Source: Harriotta raleighana
Lineage: Eukaryota
Assembly (NCBI GenBank): GCA_050575255.1
Contig: JBNZDD010013610.1
Location: 1,844,366 to 1,908,365, forward strand
Reading direction: 5' to 3'
Length of the DNA stretch: 64,000 bases
This document shows positions 61,353 through 64,000 of the stretch, piece by piece. Positions within the stretch are counted from its first letter, which is position 1. Every line of letters begins with the position of its first letter. Under the pieces are notes generated by a model, which worked only from the letters and a program-made list of their open reading frames with translations, searched no databases and was not told where the DNA came from. A program made the position numbers and the translations under genes.

Positions 61353-61684
61353 AATAAGAATAATAGTAGTGCTTGAATTTGATGTTGTGCTTTCCCATCT
61401 TCTAGACGTCTCAATGCGCTTCACAAAATATACTGTAAAGTGATTTGATTGTATAATTTGTTGGCGAAACATGGCAGCCAATTGCACACAGCTGCGTCCC
61501 TCAAATAGTTGTGGATTGAAATGACCAATTTATTACTGTTTTGTTTGGAGGAATTATTATTAGGCATGTGGAGTAAGAAAACTTTCCCAAGGTTTCGACC
61601 TGCATGGAATTGAAACCAACTCTCTTTTTTCAAGGTGAATGCTCTAAGCTACAGAGCATTGTAACTGAGCTACAGAACTCCACA
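61353..61684 (-). mobile_element. Full-length tRNA-derived SINE with a short duplication in the head
   Basis: Same body and tail as the other copies; head end ...aactgagctacagaactccaca, with duplicated agctacaga. Confidence 0.88.
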
Positions 61685-61707
61685 AATATAATGTCTACAA
61701 ATGTAAG

Positions 61708-61766
61708 CACTGAAATTAGCACTGAGTTCAACACTGAAATTAGAAATTAGGACTGAGTTCAACACA
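61708..61766. repeat. Short two-copy tandem repeat (cactgaaattag...actgagttcaa)
   Basis: Seen directly in the sequence. Confidence 0.7.
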
Positions 61767-62089
61767 CCAAAACACAAAAATAGCTCAGTTGAGTTTATTG
61801 CTCCATTGATTGCAGAGTGACAAGTTCCAAAGTTCTCATGTTGACTTGTACTGGTTACGTTCCCAACTAATTGGCATGCAATGTAAAAGTAAAGGGCAGG
61901 AATGTATGGAAAGTGAAAATCCATGTGAAAATAAGTTATTTATGCATGAAGGATATCCGATTATTTGAGCTTTCATATAGAAAATACCATACAAAATAGT
62001 AGCCTTTTTAGACTTGTGTAACTTTAAGCAACTTACAGAACTACTGTAAGTGGTAGATATGTATCAAATCATGTTTAAATCTGTGTTCT

Positions 62090-62380
62090 CTCATTTCACT
62101 CTTGCAGTGTAAGTGAAATCTCCTACTGTACTTATTTTTACGTCATTCCTGCCTCTCAGCATGTTAGAGACCTGGATCATCCCCAAGTTCCGGTCTATGA
62201 ACCTTTCCTCATAAACAGAGCTCATCCTTATTCTCTGAACCCTCTCCAACGCTTCAATGTCCTTTTGATGTAGGATGCCCAATGTGGCCTCATCAGTGAC
62301 CTATGCAGGGTCAAAATAACTTCTTTTAACTTCTCGTCAATGCCCTAAGATGTAAGCTAGGATTTGATTAACTTTGCTAG
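62090..62380 (-). mobile_element. CR1 LINE ORF2 fragment
   Basis: Minus strand reads KVNQILAYI../..KEVILTLHRSLMRPHL../..QKDIEALERVQR..YEERF, with frameshifts and deletions. Confidence 0.82.
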
Positions 62381-64000
62381 ATGTAATCATGCAAATCAAA
62401 CAGTTAACAGGAAATGAAAGAATTAGACTTTGTTAATGGCTCAAGAACAATAATAGAAGCAAAATGGTGTGCAAAAACCCACTGTTGCAGAAAGCCATGT
62501 TCTCTAGGGGGCAAGAACATGATATTTGAGTTAAAGAATCACATGAAGGAAATCAAGAATTGGGGATTCAAAACCTAAAAGCCTAAACCAAATAGCTGGT
62601 TACAAAACTACCTGGAAAAATAAAGAAAATTCCTCCCATTGAAGTGCAAAAGTGTTTTTTTTAAGTCACTTAGAATAGGGCTTTGACCTACAATTTTGTC
62701 ACTGCCAAAAAAAACACAGCAGATGACAATTTCCCGATTCAAATAAGGCTTTCCCTCATTGTGTCCATATACAAATACATTGATTCTTTGTTGGTATAAT
62801 ATCCTATAATAATAGATTGCAGTGACTTTGTGTCCTTCAACTGTCGACCGCTAATTTACACATGGTAATAATCCAGAAACCACTATGAAGATGATGAACA
62901 ATTTTATTTTGGTGGATTGTTGGCCAGGATTTCCATGGTTCCAAAGAGTAAAGAATTTCAATGGTTTACTAAAAGAGTAAACAAGATGTATGCATTGATG
63001 GGCCTGATAGATGTTTCTTGCATGACAATAGCCAGAGGCAACTATGACAAGGATGCATGTCTCATGAGTTGATCGAGACAGGTACAGAAAGCAGAAAGAG
63101 CTGGAGAACTTGTGCAGCAGCAGCAATGGAGAGGAAATTCCACTGACCATCCTAATGAATGCTTTAATAGAACCATAGATACTTACAGCATAGAAAGAGG
63201 TCAACTCCATGAGTCCCTGCCATCAAGAAAATTCTGGACAACCCTTACTCTGTTTAGTTGGTCCCTAACGTGACATTGAAGAGAAATTCCAGGCTTTGGC
63301 TTTCCAGGAAACCAAATATATTGCTGGGATCAAAATAGAGCCCAACTTGTGCAATTGATACGGAGATTTCATTGCTGTTCAGTTNTGTTTGAGACATTGA
63401 CCTCTTGCTGTTCATAGCGAACAAGTGCAATAGTGTCAGCTGAAGATGCTTCCAATGTCCATGTGCATCAACCAGCTGGGGAAAAATAGTGCAAGCAAAT
63501 GATATTTTTTCCTGCGATTGTTGACAGCCAGGTACCTTGTCCTCCCCCTTCCTCAGCTAATGTGCAATGCACCTGGCTAGGAGGCTTTTAGGCTTCAACC
63601 AACATTTTATTTGAGATCCTGTTCATGTCAGGACTATTTAAAATGTCTGTTCGACAATGCATTTACCATAATTATTTCAACATGATAGCAATTACGAAAT
63701 ACACAGTGAAGCAATTTCTTGCTTTATCATTTCTCTACTTCTTATACAAAATGGTTGCAATTACTTACAAAAAAAGGCCAGCTCTGGAAAACTTCCCTTG
63801 ATGTTAAAAGAGGATTGTTGCCATATTGGAGGAGATTTTTTTTGAATGGGCTAGGACCCTGGAAAGGCCATGAATTGAGTTGACTCTTTTGAAAAAGCTT
63901 CTCAAACTCTTAACATGTCAGACCCTGGCAAAGATCTGCATTACAGCAGATGCCAATATCGCAACAGTGCAAAATTGTAACTTTCATGACTAGCTATTAA

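Noticed and set aside
1365-61684. Recurring 'CFETS..EKRYIKCKDYYYY' / 'SAISNARIIII' peptides as a repeated protein domain or CRISPR-like array
   Set aside because: They are translations of the dispersed SINE tail in both orientations; spacing is irregular and the context is eukaryotic.

Overview
AT-rich eukaryotic genomic DNA from a vertebrate. The repeat families look like those of a cartilaginous fish, possibly a chimaera/elephant shark; this assignment is inference. The window holds the 3' portion of one protein-coding gene, ZFHX3 (ATBF1), on the + strand. Six coding exons splice in phase: 11049-11156, 31618-31745, 32704-32904, 39533-39659, 41595-47012 and 49372-51104, totalling 7715 nt (about 2570 aa, with all four homeodomains and many C2H2 zinc fingers). 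A 3'UTR of about 3.3 kb follows, ending at an ATTAAA signal near 54423. The 5' exons lie upstream of the window. The introns carry many copies of a tRNA-headed, Deu-domain-like SINE, fragments of L2-clade LINEs that share its 3' tail, CR1 fragments, and one Penelope-like terminal fragment. Most other ORFs in the supplied track are spurious. The most notable observations are: (1) a sense-strand minimal type-I hammerhead ribozyme motif in an intron (26888-26928); (2) the 201-nt, ATG-started, stop-free zinc-finger exon is tightly bracketed by inverted SINE tails, the layout associated with circRNA formation; (3) SINE tails sit just upstream of most splice acceptors; (4) an exact 93-nt tandem duplication inside the polyQ tract; (5) absence of the poly-Gly tract that is expanded in human SCA4. 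I found nothing that I can claim as a demonstrably new system; these are testable hypotheses. Human and mouse comparisons are from memory, not from database searches.
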